A stretch of DNA of 64,000 nucleotides from Terriglobia bacterium. Its GTDB lineage: Bacteria > Acidobacteriota > Terriglobia > 20CM-2-55-15. This document shows, piece by piece, positions 54,178-64,000 of this stretch (position 1 is its first letter; every line of letters begins with the position of its first letter). The stretch spans positions 32,001 to 96,000 of the forward strand of contig CBDAOY010000007.1 of NCBI GenBank assembly GCA_965198225.1, in the 5' to 3' direction. The position numbers and the translations under genes are program-made. The notes under the pieces were generated by a model. The model was not told where the DNA came from and searched no databases. It saw nothing but the letters and a program-made list of their open reading frames with translations.

Positions 54178-54246
54178 GTGTAGGTGCGGTCTATGACCGC
54201 ACACTCTTCGAGCCGAAACATGTGCGCTCATAGAGCGCACCTACAC
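54178..54246. repeat. GTAG REP doublet copy 3
   Basis: GTGTAGGTGCGGTCTATGACCGCAC ... GTGCGCTCATAGAGCGCACCTACAC. Confidence 0.85.
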
Positions 54247-54317
54247 CCGATCTTGAAGTGTCTGTCCCAGCGGTGTCCCCACACGGTGGAGCCTGCTGAC
54301 AACAATGTGAGGTGGGA

Positions 54318-56009
54318 CTAGATTGCCTCGTTCACTAGTGCGAGGATTCGTTGCTCTTCCTCAGTTGCCTTGTCTCGGATCTCATCCGCCCGTCCGAGGA
54401 CATCTTCGATCCAGGCCGCGTCGTGGATGCCCGGGGCATTGATCTTGACGTTCAGGTAGGCGCCCATGACGGCGGAGCGGGCGGCGATCGCTCCGACGCC
54501 GGCGTCGGAGACACTGTTGGGGTTGCCGATCTCGGCCATAGCGCCGGCAACCTCCATCGATTCGTATGCCGTTTGCATCACGCAAAAGGGTATCTCGATG
54601 GCGTGTTTGGTGGCGTTTTCGACGGCCTGCTCCTTGGCGGCCTTTTCTTCCTCGGTGCCGGCCGGCAGGCCGAACGCGGCCATCAGGGCGTTGAAAGCCT
54701 CAGTGTCTTCGTCGATCAGACGCAGCAGCTCGTCGTGATAGGCCTTGCCTTTTTCGGCCCAGTCGGAAAACTCCTCCCAGCGATCATCCCACCCCTGTTT
54801 GTGAGACGACAGGTTGGCGACCATCGTGGCCAGAGCCGCGCCCAGTGCTCCCATGGCTGCGGAGACCGACCCGCCGCCTGGGGCGGGCGACTCGGACGCC
54901 GTCTCGTGTACGAATCCGGCGAGCGTCCGGTCCACAAGTTTCTTTGACTGTCCTCCACGAGCCGCGATCGCGTACTCGACGATCTTCTCCTCAGGCTTGA
55001 ACGGATAGAGATCGTCGAGTCCGAGGGATTTTGTCGCGATCTGGATCAGCTCCGCGTCGGAGACGCCGGTCGAGCGCCGCTGCTTCTTGAGGAAGTAACG
55101 CCCTGCGTCGAGCATGGCGCCGAGGGGAATCAGGCCGACGAGCTCGGATCCGGTGACCCGAACGCCGCGCGCGTCGGCGGCCTTCGAACACTCGTCGAAC
55201 GCGACGTGCACCGGCGTGACGCCGATGTTCGTGAGATTGAGGGACACCTGAGCGATGCCGTACTCCTCGATGAACCAGCCAATGCCTTTGACGCAATCGA
55301 GTTTTCCCCGGATCCAGACGTCCTTACCTTGTGGGTCCTGGACCACCGGGCCGGTCAGGGGATTGCCTTCGCGTTTCCTGCGTCCCTTTTCGCGCACATC
55401 GAACGCGATGGCGTTGGCGCGGCGTGTGGAGGTCGTGTTGAGGTTGACGTTGTATGCGACGAGAAAGTCTCGTGCGCTGACTGCCGTTGCACCGGAGCTG
55501 ACGTTGAACTCGGCCGGGCCGAAGTCGGGCTTCCATTCCGGTTTGGCCAGCTTCTCTGACAGACCTTCGTATTCCCCGTCCCGTACGATGGCCAGGTTGC
55601 GTCGCTCAGGCCTGGTCGCGGCGTACTCGTAACAGTAGATTGTAAGGCCGACCTCCTCGCCGAGGCGTTTTGCCAGCTGGCGTGCATGGGAAACCGTCTC
55701 TTCCATGGTGATGTTGGCCACGGGAACAAGTGGGCAGACGTCCATAGCACCGAAGCGAGGATGCTCGCCATGGTGCTTGCCCATGTCGATCAGCTCGGCG
55801 GCCTTCCGCGCGGAGCGTACGGCGGCCTCGACGACAGCTTGCGGGGAGCCGACGAAGGTGACAACGGTGCGGTTCGTCGCCTGACCGGGATCGACGTCGA
55901 GCAGACTGACGCCTTCGACGGTTTCGATCTCGCCGGTGATGTGCTCGATAAGGGCCAGGTCGCGGCCTTCGCTGAAGTTAGGGACACATTCGATCAGTTG
56001 CTGGGCCAT
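54318..56009 (-). CDS. ftcD: Glutamate formiminotransferase / formiminotetrahydrofolate cyclodeaminase fusion
   Basis: LIECVPNFSEGR, HHGEHPRFGAMDVCP, SPAPGGGS, GNPNSVSDAGV; start MAQQLIEC. Confidence 0.94.
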   Translation of the reverse strand: MAQQLIECVPNFSEGRDLALIEHITGEIETVEGVSLLDVDPGQATNRTVVTFVGSPQAVVEAAVRSARKAAELIDMGKHHGEHPRFGAMDVCPLVPVANITMEETVSHARQLAKRLGEEVGLTIYCYEYAATRPERRNLAIVRDGEYEGLSEKLAKPEWKPDFGPAEFNVSSGATAVSARDFLVAYNVNLNTTSTRRANAIAFDVREKGRRKREGNPLTGPVVQDPQGKDVWIRGKLDCVKGIGWFIEEYGIAQVSLNLTNIGVTPVHVAFDECSKAADARGVRVTGSELVGLIPLGAMLDAGRYFLKKQRRSTGVSDAELIQIATKSLGLDDLYPFKPEEKIVEYAIAARGGQSKKLVDRTLAGFVHETASESPAPGGGSVSAAMGALGAALATMVANLSSHKQGWDDRWEEFSDWAEKGKAYHDELLRLIDEDTEAFNALMAAFGLPAGTEEEKAAKEQAVENATKHAIEIPFCVMQTAYESMEVAGAMAEIGNPNSVSDAGVGAIAARSAVMGAYLNVKINAPGIHDAAWIEDVLGRADEIRDKATEEEQRILALVNEAI

Positions 56010-56181
56010 AGCCGAGTTTCCCGTTTCTCGCGCGGGTGACGCTGTTTTGACCGACCCGACGATGATGCACTCCAATGAGATGCCCTGGCAAGAAGCAGGT
56101 GCAGGTGCGGTCGGGGACCGTCCTTGTCCAAAAGAGCCTTTCGAGGGGAGTGGATTTTGAAAAGGCGGATCTCCTGAGGAG

Positions 56182-56250
56182 GTGTAGGTGCGGTCTATGA
56201 CCGCACACCCTTCGAACCGAAACACGTGCGCTCATAGAGCGCACCTCCAC
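56182..56250. repeat. GTAG REP doublet copy 4
   Basis: Near-identical to 54178-54246; distal CTAC changed to CTCC. Confidence 0.83.
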
Positions 56251-56656
56251 CTGATCCCGAAGTTTCGCTTGTCTCAGGCGCAAAACCTATGTGCCGACTT
56301 GAAAATGCGTCGACGAGGCGTCCGAACAGCTGTCCCTCGGCCGACAACCTTCAGCGCGCCCAGTCCGAGGTCAATCCCTTTTCCAAATCTAAAACAAACA
56401 AAATAACTACAAATTCAGCAAGTCAGCGGGGTTGGATGACGTCTTATTGCTATGAGAGGCTGGATTTGCGTCCGTCCCTCGGAAGTGGGATCTCGTCGGC
56501 CCCGTCTGAGTGGATCCAGACAGGGTCTTTACCGACATGGTCGCTGACCTCCCGCTCCGTGGGGACCTAAGCCGTTGTGACGGCATGGGATAGAAGCCCA
56601 ACAGCATGCCGAAGGTGTGAAGACTGGAAACCTCCGAAGGTAACGAGATCGGATTC

Positions 56657-57028
56657 ATGAGCAAGACTCTTCCTCTGATGTGGATAAAATGTTGGACGTG
56701 CAGCGGCGACCGCTGGTTCGATCTGCTCCGGTTCGACCTCGACGATCCCTTGCTGGACAACATGGGCGGCGTATACGTTATCCGGCAAGGAGGTCCGAAT
56801 CCCTCGACGATTCGGGTTGGGCAAGGCGAGATTAGAACTCGGCTAGCGGCCGAGAGAGAGGATCCCCAAATCCTGTCGCGAGAACAATACGGTCTCTACG
56901 TGACTTGGGCAAGTGTCGAAGTAAGCCTCCGGGAGGGTGCCGCGAAGTGTCTCAGTCGACTTCTACAGCCCAAGCTTGGTGACGACCGTCCGGACGTGAC
57001 GGAGATTGCGGTCAATATGCCGTGGTGA
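56657..57028 (+). CDS. Small GIY-YIG-like protein (degenerate motif)
   Basis: GVYVI...TIRVGQGEIRTRL pattern. Confidence 0.55.
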   Translation: MSKTLPLMWIKCWTCSGDRWFDLLRFDLDDPLLDNMGGVYVIRQGGPNPSTIRVGQGEIRTRLAAEREDPQILSREQYGLYVTWASVEVSLREGAAKCLSRLLQPKLGDDRPDVTEIAVNMPW

Positions 57029-57223
57029 AGGAGCGTCCCACTCGACCTTCTGAGGAAGTTCGCGGTCAGTGGCCTCGGCCACGGAATCCATTGGTAGAAT
57101 CCGGGCCCGCCGTCTACCTCGCCCACCTGGGAGTTCTTCGCAATTCATAGGTTGACGATGATACGCAGAAGCGTCGACCAAAGTGTCCCAGCGGTCCCTA
57201 AACGTCCGAATGGTTCGTCCCAG

Positions 57224-57483
57224 TGGCCTGTAACAGAGAGAGTGATAGTGGCGTTGCGAGCGCAACGGTACCGGATTCTAGGAGCGCCGCCCGAGGTAAT
57301 GCTGCTTCATTGCGAGAAGGCGCGACAACGAAGACGGTGCTGTTCCGCCGCAACCCGAAGGGACGATGGGTCTTGCCAGTCACGCAGAGGAGCTAGGAAA
57401 CCCGCGTTTTTCGTTTTGCACCGACTCGTGAGAGGACCCGCAAGGCCCATCGGCGACGCTGTCACTATCTCTGTTACAGGCCA
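57224..57483. mobile_element. MITE, 260 bp, TIR TGGCCTGTAACAGAGA
   Basis: TGGCCTGTAACAGAGAGAGTGATAG ... CTGTCACTATCTCTGTTACAGGCCA (23/25 match); flanks CCAG / CTAG. Confidence 0.78.
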
Positions 57484-57675
57484 CTAGCGTCGGGCAAACC
57501 CGCAACATCCAGCGACCCCTCGCCCCACGGCACGACCCCAGCAGAGCAGGGTCGGTATGCCTTTCGAGGCTTACGGGGACAACCACACCGCGCCAACGCG
57601 GGGCCATGCAACTGCTGACGGTGTATGATCCTCGTGTTCCGTGACAATCCCGTCACAGGTCACCAGGAAAAGGGG

Positions 57676-58547
57676 ATGGCTATGTCGGATGACCAGAATG
57701 CGAGAATTCGCATCGTTGCGATCGTCGGTACGGTGCGACCGGGAAACTACACGTCGAAGGCTCTGCGCCTGGCCGCGACGAGGTCGAGAAACATCCGGAG
57801 TGTTCCTGCGAACTGATCGATCCCGCCACGATGGACCTTCCGTTTCCGGGAGGCGGAGATGACCGCGGACGCACAGCGGCTGCAGGAGAGCGTTTCGCGG
57901 GCGACCGGCATCATACTGTCGACGCCCGAGTACCACGGCAGTTTCAGCAGTACGATCAAGCTGGTGATCGAGAACCTGGGTTTCCCCTCGGTGACCTGAG
58001 AATTCGGCGATCGTCGGCCGGTCGACCGTTACACTGGGCGTGGCCGGCGAGGTCGAGACATCCGGAGTGTTCCTGCGAACTGATCGATCCCGCCACGATG
58101 GACCTTCCGTTTCCGGGAGGAGAGATGACCGCGGACGCACAGCGGCTGCAGGAGAGCGTTTCGCGGGCGACCGGCATCATACTGTCGACGCCCGAGTACC
58201 ACGGCAGTTTCAGCAGTACGATCAAGCTGGTGATCGAGAACCTGGGTTTCCCCTCGGTCCTGGCCGGCAAGCCGGTCGCGTTGCTGGGCGTGGCGGCGGG
58301 TCAGATCGGTGCCATAAAGTCGCTGGAGAGTCTGCGTGGAGTCTGCTCTCACGTCGGCGCGATCGTTCTGCCGGGCCCGGTTTCGATCGCCGGCGTGCAG
58401 CGGGTGTTCGACGAAGACGGCAACTGCCTGGACGAAGCGTCGGAGAAGAGGATCCGCTCTGTGGCGACGAACGTGATCGACTATATCGAGGACAACGTGT
58501 GTCCACGGATGGCGCTGGAATCCCTGGTACGCTCCGGCGCCGATTAG
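57676..58547 (+). CDS. NADPH-dependent FMN reductase, disrupted by an internal ~213-bp duplication and indels
   Basis: IVGTVRPGNYT, STPEYHGSFS..KLVIE, LAGKPVALLG; 57779-57992 repeated at 58048-58258. Confidence 0.8.
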
Positions 58548-58818
58548 GACAGAGGACGGTTCCTGATGGTCGAGTGGAAGCACGACGACGTATTCCACAG
58601 GAGATTCCACTTTCTGAAGCTGCTCTTGCTGCCGGAGTTACGGCCGAAGGGAACAGCCTGGCCGATCCGGCGTTGACCCGGCGATTCGATCTGCCCTAAG
58701 ATTCTTTAAAGTCCAGTATTTCTTGGAGATCTGGCAAGCCGCCAGCAATTGGTTTGGATTGACCCTCCGCCAGGCCGCGGTTGTTGGACATCGGCTGCCT
58801 CGGACCAAGGAACGACGC

Positions 58819-60462
58819 ATGGCCAGAATTGAGCGAACATTCCTGCCCGGCCCCACCGAAGGCGAAGAGAATTACCGCGCGATTTTTGAGAACGCGGTGG
58901 CGGGCATCTACCAGACGTCTCTCGACGGCCGGTTCGTCAAGGCAAACGCCGCGATGGCTCGTATCCTGCGGTACGACTCACCCGAAGATCTTGTCTCGAC
59001 GGTCACTGACCTCGGGACGCAGCTCTACGTCGACCCCGAGCAACGGCGGAAACTGATGCGCGAGCTGGAGGTATCCAAGGTCCTCTCCGCCGTCGAGTGC
59101 CAGTTCTACCGGAAGGACGGCAGCACGACCTGGGTTCGACTCGACGCCCGGATCGTTCGGGACGCTACCGGCAGGTCGAGTTATTGCGAAGGTATCATCG
59201 AAGACATCTCCTCCTACAAAGAGTCGGAGCAGAAGCGCGGCGAGCAGGCCAGGGCGTTGGCGGCCGCGAACGAGTCGCTGAGGGCCGAGGTCGTCGAGAG
59301 GAAACGTGCGGAGCAGGTTTCCAAAGGACAGGCTGCCGCGCTAGCCAAGAGCCTCGATCGACTCGCGGGAGAGCCGGACCTTGACGAATTCATCGGTCTC
59401 GTCCTCCAGGTAATCGCCGAACAACTCCAGGCCAACAGCGCTTCTCTATGGCTTTTCGACGAGGAGAGCCAGGAAGTTTGGATGCATCTGGACTACACCG
59501 AAGGTCGGGTCCGGAAGCCGGAGGAGACGAATCATCCTCACTCGTCGGGCCGCGTCTCGGTGAACCAACTGGCATGGTGGCCGTTCGATCTTTCGGTAGA
59601 TAAGTCGGAGCCGCTCGTTTTCGAGGACGTGTCACTGGATCCCGAGCTGCGCGAATGGGGAAAGAAGCAGGGGATCAAGAGCTGGCTCTCCGCTCCGATG
59701 GCGTTTGGTGCCCGGACTGTCGGGTTCATGACGATTCGAAGCTCTCAACCGAAGCGGTTTGGTGAGGAGGACAAGCAGCTGGCGCGGGCGCTCGCAAACC
59801 AGGCTACGCTTGCGGTGGAGATGGCCCGACTGGCCGCCAAGCGCCAGCAGACAGCGATTTTTGAAGAGCGGAACAGAATCGCCCGCGAGATTCACGACAC
59901 GATCGCGCAGAGTCTGTCCGGAGTCGTCGTCCAGTTGGAGGCCGCTCAGGACGTTTTGGGGGACGCCCCCGAGAAGTGCAGGGGACACATCGCCCGCGCC
60001 GAGGACCAGGCCCGGACCGGCCTGACTGAAGCCCGGCGCTCGGTCTGGGCTTTGCGGCCCGAGTCACAGAGTAGCAACATCGTGGATGCGCTGGAAGGTC
60101 TGGTTCGTGAGTCGTCCCTCCGGGCTGAGAGCGACGTGGCGTTCTCATCCGAGGGAGAGGTTCAGTCGGTTTGCCCCGAGGTGGAGCACAACCTGCTCCG
60201 CGCGGCCCGTGAAGCCCTGAACAACTCGATCCGTCACGCCGGGCCCTGCAAGCTTGCGCTGGGTCTCGTGTTCGAGGATCATCATGTGCGACTCCGGATT
60301 ACCGATGACGGTCGCGGTTTTGCCCCCGACGAAGTGTCCGGCGACGGATTCGGCCTGATTGGTATGAGGGAGCGAATCGAACGCGTGGACGGAGAACTCC
60401 GGATCGATAGCCGGCCCGGGGCGGGCACGCATGTCGAAATACGGGTTCCCTGCGGGGGGTGA
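58819..60462 (+). CDS. PAS-GAF-HisKA_3 sensor histidine kinase
   Basis: YRAIFENAVAGIYQ PAS; GAF; ERNRIAREIHDTIAQ; DDGRGF..GFGL.GMRER. Confidence 0.93.
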   Translation: MARIERTFLPGPTEGEENYRAIFENAVAGIYQTSLDGRFVKANAAMARILRYDSPEDLVSTVTDLGTQLYVDPEQRRKLMRELEVSKVLSAVECQFYRKDGSTTWVRLDARIVRDATGRSSYCEGIIEDISSYKESEQKRGEQARALAAANESLRAEVVERKRAEQVSKGQAAALAKSLDRLAGEPDLDEFIGLVLQVIAEQLQANSASLWLFDEESQEVWMHLDYTEGRVRKPEETNHPHSSGRVSVNQLAWWPFDLSVDKSEPLVFEDVSLDPELREWGKKQGIKSWLSAPMAFGARTVGFMTIRSSQPKRFGEEDKQLARALANQATLAVEMARLAAKRQQTAIFEERNRIAREIHDTIAQSLSGVVVQLEAAQDVLGDAPEKCRGHIARAEDQARTGLTEARRSVWALRPESQSSNIVDALEGLVRESSLRAESDVAFSSEGEVQSVCPEVEHNLLRAAREALNNSIRHAGPCKLALGLVFEDHHVRLRITDDGRGFAPDEVSGDGFGLIGMRERIERVDGELRIDSRPGAGTHVEIRVPCGG

Positions 60463-60466
60463 ACGT

Positions 60467-61099
60467 TTGAAGAATTCCAAGCAGATACGGGTCCTGATTG
60501 CCGATGACCATCAGGTGGTCCGGGAAGGCCTCGTCGCGATCATCAACAGACAGGAAGACATGGATGTTGTTGCCGAAGCCGGTACCGGACCCGAAGCGGT
60601 CGAGATGTACGACAAGATGCGCCCCGACGTATCCCTTCTCGATCTCCGCATGCCCGGGCTGGACGGTCTGGACGTCATTTCCGAGATTCGGAAGACCGAT
60701 CCGAGCGCGTCGCTCGTCGTCCTGACGACGTTCGACGACGAAGAGGATATCTACCGCAGCCTGCAGCAAGGCGTGCAGGCGTATGTCCTCAAGGATGTGC
60801 CGCGTGAAGAGTTGCTCCACGCGATCCGCGAGGTTCACGTCGGCCGGTCCCACATTCCGCCAATGATCGCCTCCAAGCTCGCTCGCCGGATGAGTGGCAC
60901 CGAGCTGACCTCCCGCGAAACCGAGGTCCTGCGACTGATGGCCGAAGGCAAGAGCAACAAAGAGATAGCCAAGGATCTGTTCATCAGCGAGGGCACGGTC
61001 AAGGTGCACGTCAACAGCATCCTGCACAAGTTGGGCACCCGCGGCCGGACCGAAGCCGTAGCCTTTGCCGTCAAGCGGGGAATGGTGCGAATCAGCTGA
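60467..61099 (+). CDS. NarL/LuxR-family response regulator
   Basis: IADDHQVVREG, DLRMPG, LTSRETEVL..SNKEIA..TVKVHV. Confidence 0.95.
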   Translation: MKNSKQIRVLIADDHQVVREGLVAIINRQEDMDVVAEAGTGPEAVEMYDKMRPDVSLLDLRMPGLDGLDVISEIRKTDPSASLVVLTTFDDEEDIYRSLQQGVQAYVLKDVPREELLHAIREVHVGRSHIPPMIASKLARRMSGTELTSRETEVLRLMAEGKSNKEIAKDLFISEGTVKVHVNSILHKLGTRGRTEAVAFAVKRGMVRIS

Positions 61100-61241
61100 A
61101 CGTCGGACTGCCTACCGCCACCCAGTTCTCCCTCTAAGGCAGCGAGATCGGGGGCAGCAGTTCCCGCGTTTGTGGCGAGCGCAGCCTTGACCAGGCACCT
61201 GAGGCAAGACGCAAGGCAGAGATGCCCGCCCCGAGTCTTTC

Positions 61242-62720
61242 TTACTGGTTAGGCTCCTTGCCCACACCCTTGGCAAGGATGGTGCGAACACGACCTTCCA
61301 TCTGTTCCGCCTCCCCAACCCGCTGCATTTCGCGCAAGAGGCGGGCGAACTCCACCAGCGTCTCCGCCACCTCCGGGTGTTCTGTTCCCAGGGCCTTCTC
61401 CTGGATCGCCAAAGATTGTCGATAGAGAGGTTCCGCCTGAGCGTAGTTGCCCTGATCCTGGTAGAGTCCGGCCAAGTTGTTGAGGCTGAGGGCGACGCTG
61501 GGATGCTCGGGGCCAAGAGCTTGTCTGACGGTTTCCAGGGATCGCCGGAACAGCTCCTCGGCGCGCGCCCAGTCGCCCTGGTACTGATAGAGTGCCGCCA
61601 GGCTGTGAAGGCTCGGAACCACGTTAGGGTGCTCCCGACCCCAGACTTTCTCTCGGATTGCCAGGCTTCGTTGGTAGAGCGGCTCGGCACGGACGTAGTT
61701 GCCCTGTTCCTGATAGAACAAACCCAGATTGTTCAAGGTCACGGCGACGTTCGGGTGTTCCGGTCCGAGGCCCCTTTCCCGGATTGCCAGGGATCGCTGG
61801 TAGAGCGGCTCGGCACGGGAGTGGTAGCCCTGGTCGTGGTAGATACTGGCCAGGTTCTGAAGGGTCGGGGCCACGTCCAGGTGCTCCGGGCCAAGCGCTT
61901 TCTCCCGGATCGTCAAGGATCGCCGGTAGAGCCGCTCCGCCTCGGTGTAGTTCTTAAGGTCCTGGTAGATGCCGGCCAGGTTGTGCAGGGTCTGGGCCAG
62001 GCTGGGATGCTCCGGCCCGAGGGCTTCTTCAGTGATGGCCACGGACCGGTGGTAGAGTGGTTCAGCCTGGTCGTGTTTGCCCTGGACCTGGTAGACCAAA
62101 GCCAGGTTGTTCAGACCCTCCAGCAAGTCCGGATGTTCCGGCCCGAGGGCTTGTTCCCGGATGGTCAGAGATCGGCTGTAGAACGATTCCGCCTCCGCGT
62201 ACTTGCCTTGAGCCTGGTGAAGCTCGGCCAGATTGTCGAGGCTATCGGAGAGGTGGGAGGCTTGCAATCCGTACTCTTCCGCGTCTTTGACCGCCGCCGC
62301 AAAGAACTGCTCGGCCTCGGCAAAACGCCCCTGCCGATAAGCTGTGCGGCCCGCGTCATGCTGCTCTATCCAGCGGGTCTCTTCCTCCCTCAGCAACCGA
62401 AGGAGGACATATTCTGTGCCGACCCTTACGATTGGACTGATCTGACCCGGAGACAGGCCCGCGAGCGCATCTTGAAACTCCGTCCTGAGATTTCCGACGG
62501 GGATCCTTCCCAGGTATCCTCCCACGCCGGAGGACGAATCGACGGAATGGCTTCTCGCAAGTTCGCCAAACTGTTCTCCGTCCTGCAGTCGGGCAAGGAT
62601 CTCCCCCGCTTCAGCCTCCGTTCTAACCGCAATCAGGCGCAAGCCCGAAGGCTGTTCCTGCTGAGCGGCCGCGGCAGCGATCGACACCAAAGTGAGGACC
62701 GAAACGAGTACCCGCCTCAT
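61242..62720 (-). CDS. Secreted parvulin (rotamase) + kinesin-light-chain-type TPR repeat protein
   Basis: Signal peptide; FGELARSHSVD..GGYLG; about eight 42-aa 'LNNLA..Y..QG.Y..AEPLY.RSL.I.E..LG.EHP' repeats. Confidence 0.9.
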   Translation of the reverse strand: MRRVLVSVLTLVSIAAAAAQQEQPSGLRLIAVRTEAEAGEILARLQDGEQFGELARSHSVDSSSGVGGYLGRIPVGNLRTEFQDALAGLSPGQISPIVRVGTEYVLLRLLREEETRWIEQHDAGRTAYRQGRFAEAEQFFAAAVKDAEEYGLQASHLSDSLDNLAELHQAQGKYAEAESFYSRSLTIREQALGPEHPDLLEGLNNLALVYQVQGKHDQAEPLYHRSVAITEEALGPEHPSLAQTLHNLAGIYQDLKNYTEAERLYRRSLTIREKALGPEHLDVAPTLQNLASIYHDQGYHSRAEPLYQRSLAIRERGLGPEHPNVAVTLNNLGLFYQEQGNYVRAEPLYQRSLAIREKVWGREHPNVVPSLHSLAALYQYQGDWARAEELFRRSLETVRQALGPEHPSVALSLNNLAGLYQDQGNYAQAEPLYRQSLAIQEKALGTEHPEVAETLVEFARLLREMQRVGEAEQMEGRVRTILAKGVGKEPNQ

Positions 62721-62832
62721 ACGGGCCCCCCGTTGTCTGGACGTGATCTGGCTCCAGCTCGATAAACCATTCTCGGCCCACCTTGCGACAGATTCAGCCC
62801 CGAACCCACCGCCAGCGCTCTGATGCTCGATC

Positions 62833-64000
62833 CTACGGTGTCGGTTCCCGAACGACGAGACCCGTGCCTTCGCTGATCTCCACGAATCCGTCTATGGCGA
62901 CGTCCTCGAACTTCTCCACTCGTCCGTTGGGCCAACGGATCCGGAGTTCGTCGACACGAGTGCTGTCACCCAGGCCGAAATGGACTCGCATATCGTTGTG
63001 GGACAGATAACTGCCGCCGCTCCGGACCTCGGCTGCCTGGGTCTTCCCACCCGCGTCAATCTCAACCCGTGCGCCGATTCCGTCTCCATTGCTCGTCGTG
63101 CCCACAAGCGTGAGCGTCAACCAGTGACTGACACTGGAGAGATCGTTGCGGAGTAGCGTCGGGCGATCGTCGATGTTAATGACGAGGATGTCCATGTCGC
63201 CGTCGTTGTCAAAGTCGCCAACGGCGCTGCCACGACTGGATTTTTCGACTCGGACTGCCCCTCCGATTTCTTCCGAGATTTCCTCGAATTGCCCGTTGCC
63301 AAGATTGCGGTAGACTTCCTTGGGCTGGAAATACGTCGAGCCGTTTCCGAAATTGTCGATCCCCGGATGGATGTGTCCGTTGGCCACGAAGAGGTCCAGC
63401 CGGGTGTCATTGTCGAGATCGACGAAGCTGGTTCCCCAGCCAAGATGCTGAAGCGAGGGTGCGGCCAGGCCTGCAGCAAATGTTTGATCGGTAAAGAATC
63501 CGGAACCGTCGTTCCTGTAAAGCGTATTTGTGTCGTTGGAGAAATGTGTCACGAAGATGTCGAACAAGCCGTCGTTATTGTAGTCCGCGACGTCGAGCCC
63601 CATTCCCGACTGTGGACGTCCTTCCCCGCTCAGGGCAACACCGGCAAGGAGACCCACTTCGGAAAATGTGCCGTTCTGGTTGTTCTTGAACAGGGCGTTG
63701 GGAACGGAGTCATTGGCCACAAAGATATCGAGCCACCCGTCGTCGTCGAGATCGCTGAACACGGCCCCGTAACCGTAAAGGTTGGGATCGTCGATGCCTG
63801 CCGCTTCCGTCACGTCGGTGAAAGTTCCATCGCCGTCGTTCCGGTAGAGAGCGTCGGGTTGACCCGGGAGCCCCCTGGGGCCACACATGACACGCACACC
63901 CAGGTGCTGACACGCCCCTGATGTACCCGCTTTCGGGACCGTTTTCTCATCGAATGCCAGGTAGTTGGCAACATACAAATCGAGGTCTCCGTCGCGGTCG
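62833..64000 (-). CDS. CRTAC1-like FG-GAP/ASPIC-UnbV protein (5' end outside window)
   Basis: DxDxDG repeats, SGMG, GWG, SRG.A.GDFDNDG, GIGARV, SYLSHND..VHFGLG. Confidence 0.92.
   Translation of the reverse strand, partial: DRDGDLDLYVANYLAFDEKTVPKAGTSGACQHLGVRVMCGPRGLPGQPDALYRNDGDGTFTDVTEAAGIDDPNLYGYGAVFSDLDDDGWLDIFVANDSVPNALFKNNQNGTFSEVGLLAGVALSGEGRPQSGMGLDVADYNNDGLFDIFVTHFSNDTNTLYRNDGSGFFTDQTFAAGLAAPSLQHLGWGTSFVDLDNDTRLDLFVANGHIHPGIDNFGNGSTYFQPKEVYRNLGNGQFEEISEEIGGAVRVEKSSRGSAVGDFDNDGDMDILVINIDDRPTLLRNDLSSVSHWLTLTLVGTTSNGDGIGARVEIDAGGKTQAAEVRSGGSYLSHNDMRVHFGLGDSTRVDELRIRWPNGRVEKFEDVAIDGFVEISEGTGLVVREPTP

Noticed and set aside
54263-57198. TGTCCCAGCGGT repeated at ~54264 and ~57185 as attL/attR of an island
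   Set aside because: Only about 12 bp, with no integrase or tRNA; insufficient support.
57779-58258. Tandem ~213-bp duplication in the FMN reductase as a biological repeat or DGR-like template/variable pair
   Set aside because: The copies differ only by small indel-like changes, not A-specific substitutions, and the junction (57993-58047) is a mosaic of upstream and downstream flanks, typical of a consensus/assembly artefact. The nearby RT is a group II maturase.
61300-62260. 126-bp periodic DNA repeats as a CRISPR or other array
   Set aside because: They encode 42-aa TPR units in frame; there are no unique spacers.

Overview
GC-rich bacterial chromosomal window; the gene mix (YtxH, ASPIC/UnbV, MoxR-VWA operons) suggests Acidobacteriota, which is an inference. 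Housekeeping genes include uvrC, lhr, ribD-ribE-ribBA, ftsY, gpsA, thpR, cinA, pgpA, yacG, rimO, ftcD, two MoxR operons and a NarL-type two-component pair. Two accessory structures stand out. (1) An integron cassette array with no integrase in the window (four attC sites, 15837-19523, minus strand). It carries a secreted amidohydrolase, a TIR-domain protein with an unrecognised C-terminal region, a DUF433/DUF5615 toxin-antitoxin pair and a truncated ATPase/HTH gene. It is cut by a decayed IS3 that contains an intact IS30. (2) A class IIC group II intron inserted after a terminator (48981-51777) that itself contains a second, ORF-less group II intron (~49382-50254), i.e. a twintron. Intergenic space holds several non-autonomous repeat families: GTAG REP doublets, GGGGACAGG hairpins, two CTAG-flanked MITEs and heptamer-based palindromes. 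Single-base frameshifts in uvrC and DUF58 and a noisy 213-bp duplication suggest long-read or assembly errors. No CRISPR array, rRNA or tRNA was seen.
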